Shown: positions 62,417-64,000 of the stretch, one piece after another
Numbering within the stretch: position 1 is the stretch's first letter
Layout of the letters: each line of letters opens with the position of its first letter
Source of the DNA: Candidatus Eiseniibacteriota bacterium
GTDB taxonomy: Bacteria; Eisenbacteria; RBG-16-71-46; CAVPCR01
Assembly: GCA_963823555.1 (NCBI GenBank)
Contig: CAWGMA010000001.1
Coordinates: forward strand, 1,696,001 to 1,760,000
DNA: 64,000 nt
Reading direction: 5' to 3'
Made by a program: the position numbers and the translations under genes
The notes under the pieces: model-generated
Seen by the model: only the letters and a program-made list of their open reading frames with translations
The model's database searches: none
What the model was told of the DNA's origin: nothing

Positions 62417-63033
62417 CGCGGCCCAGCCCTATCCTCGGGCTCGACCCGGGAGAGCCGGTCATCGAAGGAGCTCGGCACATCCTCCCGGTTCGTCTCGATG
62501 AGCTCTATGGCTTCGCCCCGGCGGTGACCGACCCGGCACAGGAACAAGCGCACCATGACATGCGCATCGCCGCCAAACGGCTGCGCTACACGATGGAGAT
62601 CTTCCGTTTCCTCTTTCCACCCGGTTTCCGCGACCTGACCCGCAAGGTGCGCCGGATCCAGGACACCCTGGGTCTCGTTCATGACTACGACGTCTTCGTG
62701 CCATTCCTGTCCCGTTACCTGGACGGGCGCCGCCTCGATGCGGAGAGCGAGCTCCGCCGGCGGATGTTCCCTGGCGGCAACGGAGGCCGGAGCCCGGTCT
62801 CCATTGGCGAGATTCGCATGGTGATCGAGAAGACCGGCGGCGCCGACGAGCGCGAGGCCATCCTGCATCTGATCGAGCGCACGCGGGCCCACCGGCGCGA
62901 AACCTTCGCCGAGTTCCAGAACTACTGGCAGTCCCTGATGGAAGAGGATTTTCGCGGCACCGTGCTCGCGATGATCGGGCTGTCGACCTTCACCACCGGG
63001 CCGCCGGGCAGTCACCCGGCTACGGCGACCTGA
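62413..63033 (+). CDS. Half-length CHAD-domain protein
   Basis: HHDMRIAAKRLRY and QDTLGLVHDYDV CHAD motifs; own RBS (GGAG, 62401) and ATGA overlap. Confidence 0.82.
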   Translation: MTRPSPILGLDPGEPVIEGARHILPVRLDELYGFAPAVTDPAQEQAHHDMRIAAKRLRYTMEIFRFLFPPGFRDLTRKVRRIQDTLGLVHDYDVFVPFLSRYLDGRRLDAESELRRRMFPGGNGGRSPVSIGEIRMVIEKTGGADEREAILHLIERTRAHRRETFAEFQNYWQSLMEEDFRGTVLAMIGLSTFTTGPPGSHPATAT

Positions 63034-63123
63034 GGACGGACGAGCATGCATCTCCCCCCGCTCCCCCAGCACTCAGGGCGCTCCCTCCAGCTCCCTGGGG
63101 GTCATTCTCCCCATCCTCCGGGG

Positions 63124-63139
63124 TGGAATGACGATTGCA
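63124..63139 (+). promoter_or_regulatory. Putative sigma54 (-24/-12) promoter
   Basis: TGGAATGACGATTGCA: exact GG-N10-GC spacing with TTGCA, about 85 bp upstream of the ATG at 63224. Confidence 0.55.
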
Positions 63140-63223
63140 TTGCCATGCCCCGTGGCGCTCGAACCGAGCACCGGCGCCGCTCCTTGCCCACCTATTTCAC
63201 CTGCAACTTGGGAATACGACACC

Positions 63224-64000
63224 ATGGCATTTGACCCAGCCTCGACGACTCGCACCCTGCATGCCCGTATACAGCGAACCGCCTGGTTGCGATCCACGGG
63301 AAGCAGGGCCGCGGCCGGCCTCCGCTATGCGATCGCCGCTCTCGCCCTGGCCGCGATGACGGGAGGTGCCGGGGTCTCCCCCGCCAGTGCCGGCGACCCG
63401 TTCACGAGTTCCTATCCCCATCTCTTCTACGACGACACGGGATGGCTCGACGGTCAGCTCGAGGTCATTGCCCACTTCGACGTGCTCACGACCGCGTTCT
63501 GGAACGGCGAGGGCGAGAGAGCGGCTCGGCTCGATTCGCTCCGGCTCATGAACCCGGATCTCGTCCGGCTCGCCTATTTCAACCTCGCCGGGAAGAGCTT
63601 GCCCGAGGTCGTCGATCCCGATCATGTCGTGAACCGCCTGGGCCGCGGCATCGCCGACGAGTGGTTGGCGCGCAACGAGCACGGTGAGCTCATCTACTGG
63701 GATCCGCGCGCTCCCAACGCCGTGCTCCTCAACGTCTCGACCAAGTGCCCGCGGGTGAACGGCAAGACCTGGGGCGAGTTCGCCGCTGATTTCATGATCG
63801 ACGAGGTCCTCCCCGCCGGACGCTGGGAAGGCCTCATGATGGACAACGTGTGGAGCGGCGCCTCCTGGATGAACGCGTCGATTCCGGGCTCCCTCGACCT
63901 CGACCTGAACGGCGTCCCCGATCATCCCGATTCGGCCGACGCCTGGTGGACCGCTGGATTGAACCTCATGCTCGAGCGCTTCCACGCTCGGGTCGGCCCC
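63224..64000 (+). CDS. Secreted putative glycoside hydrolase (TIM-barrel, GHL15-like), runs off the 3' end; absent from the ORF track
   Basis: My translation from the ATG at 63224 stays open to the window end: signal-like YAIAALALAAM..ASA, then YPHLFY, LRLMNPDLVRLAY, EWLARN, WEGLMMDNVW, DLDLNGVPD. Confidence 0.7.
   Translation, partial: MAFDPASTTRTLHARIQRTAWLRSTGSRAAAGLRYAIAALALAAMTGGAGVSPASAGDPFTSSYPHLFYDDTGWLDGQLEVIAHFDVLTTAFWNGEGERAARLDSLRLMNPDLVRLAYFNLAGKSLPEVVDPDHVVNRLGRGIADEWLARNEHGELIYWDPRAPNAVLLNVSTKCPRVNGKTWGEFAADFMIDEVLPAGRWEGLMMDNVWSGASWMNASIPGSLDLDLNGVPDHPDSADAWWTAGLNLMLERFHARVGP

Overview
High-GC bacterial chromosomal window, mostly core genome. It has about 44 protein-coding loci and one complete minus-strand rRNA operon (16S-tRNA-Ile-tRNA-Ala-23S-5S, ~42059-47535). 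The 16S and gene content look like an FCB-associated candidate lineage (Latescibacterota/Eisenbacteria-like); this is inference and needs a 16S search. Recognisable genes: icmF, nrdJ (with tandem NrdR boxes), purF, ispH, alr, mazG, tnaA, arfB, pepP, PBP1A, HU, a MacAB-like exporter, a CoA-enzyme activase pair, proline dehydrogenase, an RlmI-like methyltransferase and a beta-CASP nuclease. I saw no CRISPR array, transposase or integrase. The most striking item is a partly low-GC two-gene cassette at 23568-26446: a 100-aa signal-peptide protein with an acidic DGIDDPDY core is translationally coupled to an ~818-aa TPR-sensor/sigma54 AAA+ activator. It is a candidate RRNPP-like peptide-signalling system wired to sigma54. 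Second is a coupled operon of an ExeA-like ATPase, a putative ribbon-helix-helix protein and two half-CHAD (polyphosphate-binding) proteins at 60429-63033. Two loci carry frameshifts, probably long-read consensus errors. Start codons were picked by eye from RBS and overlap context.
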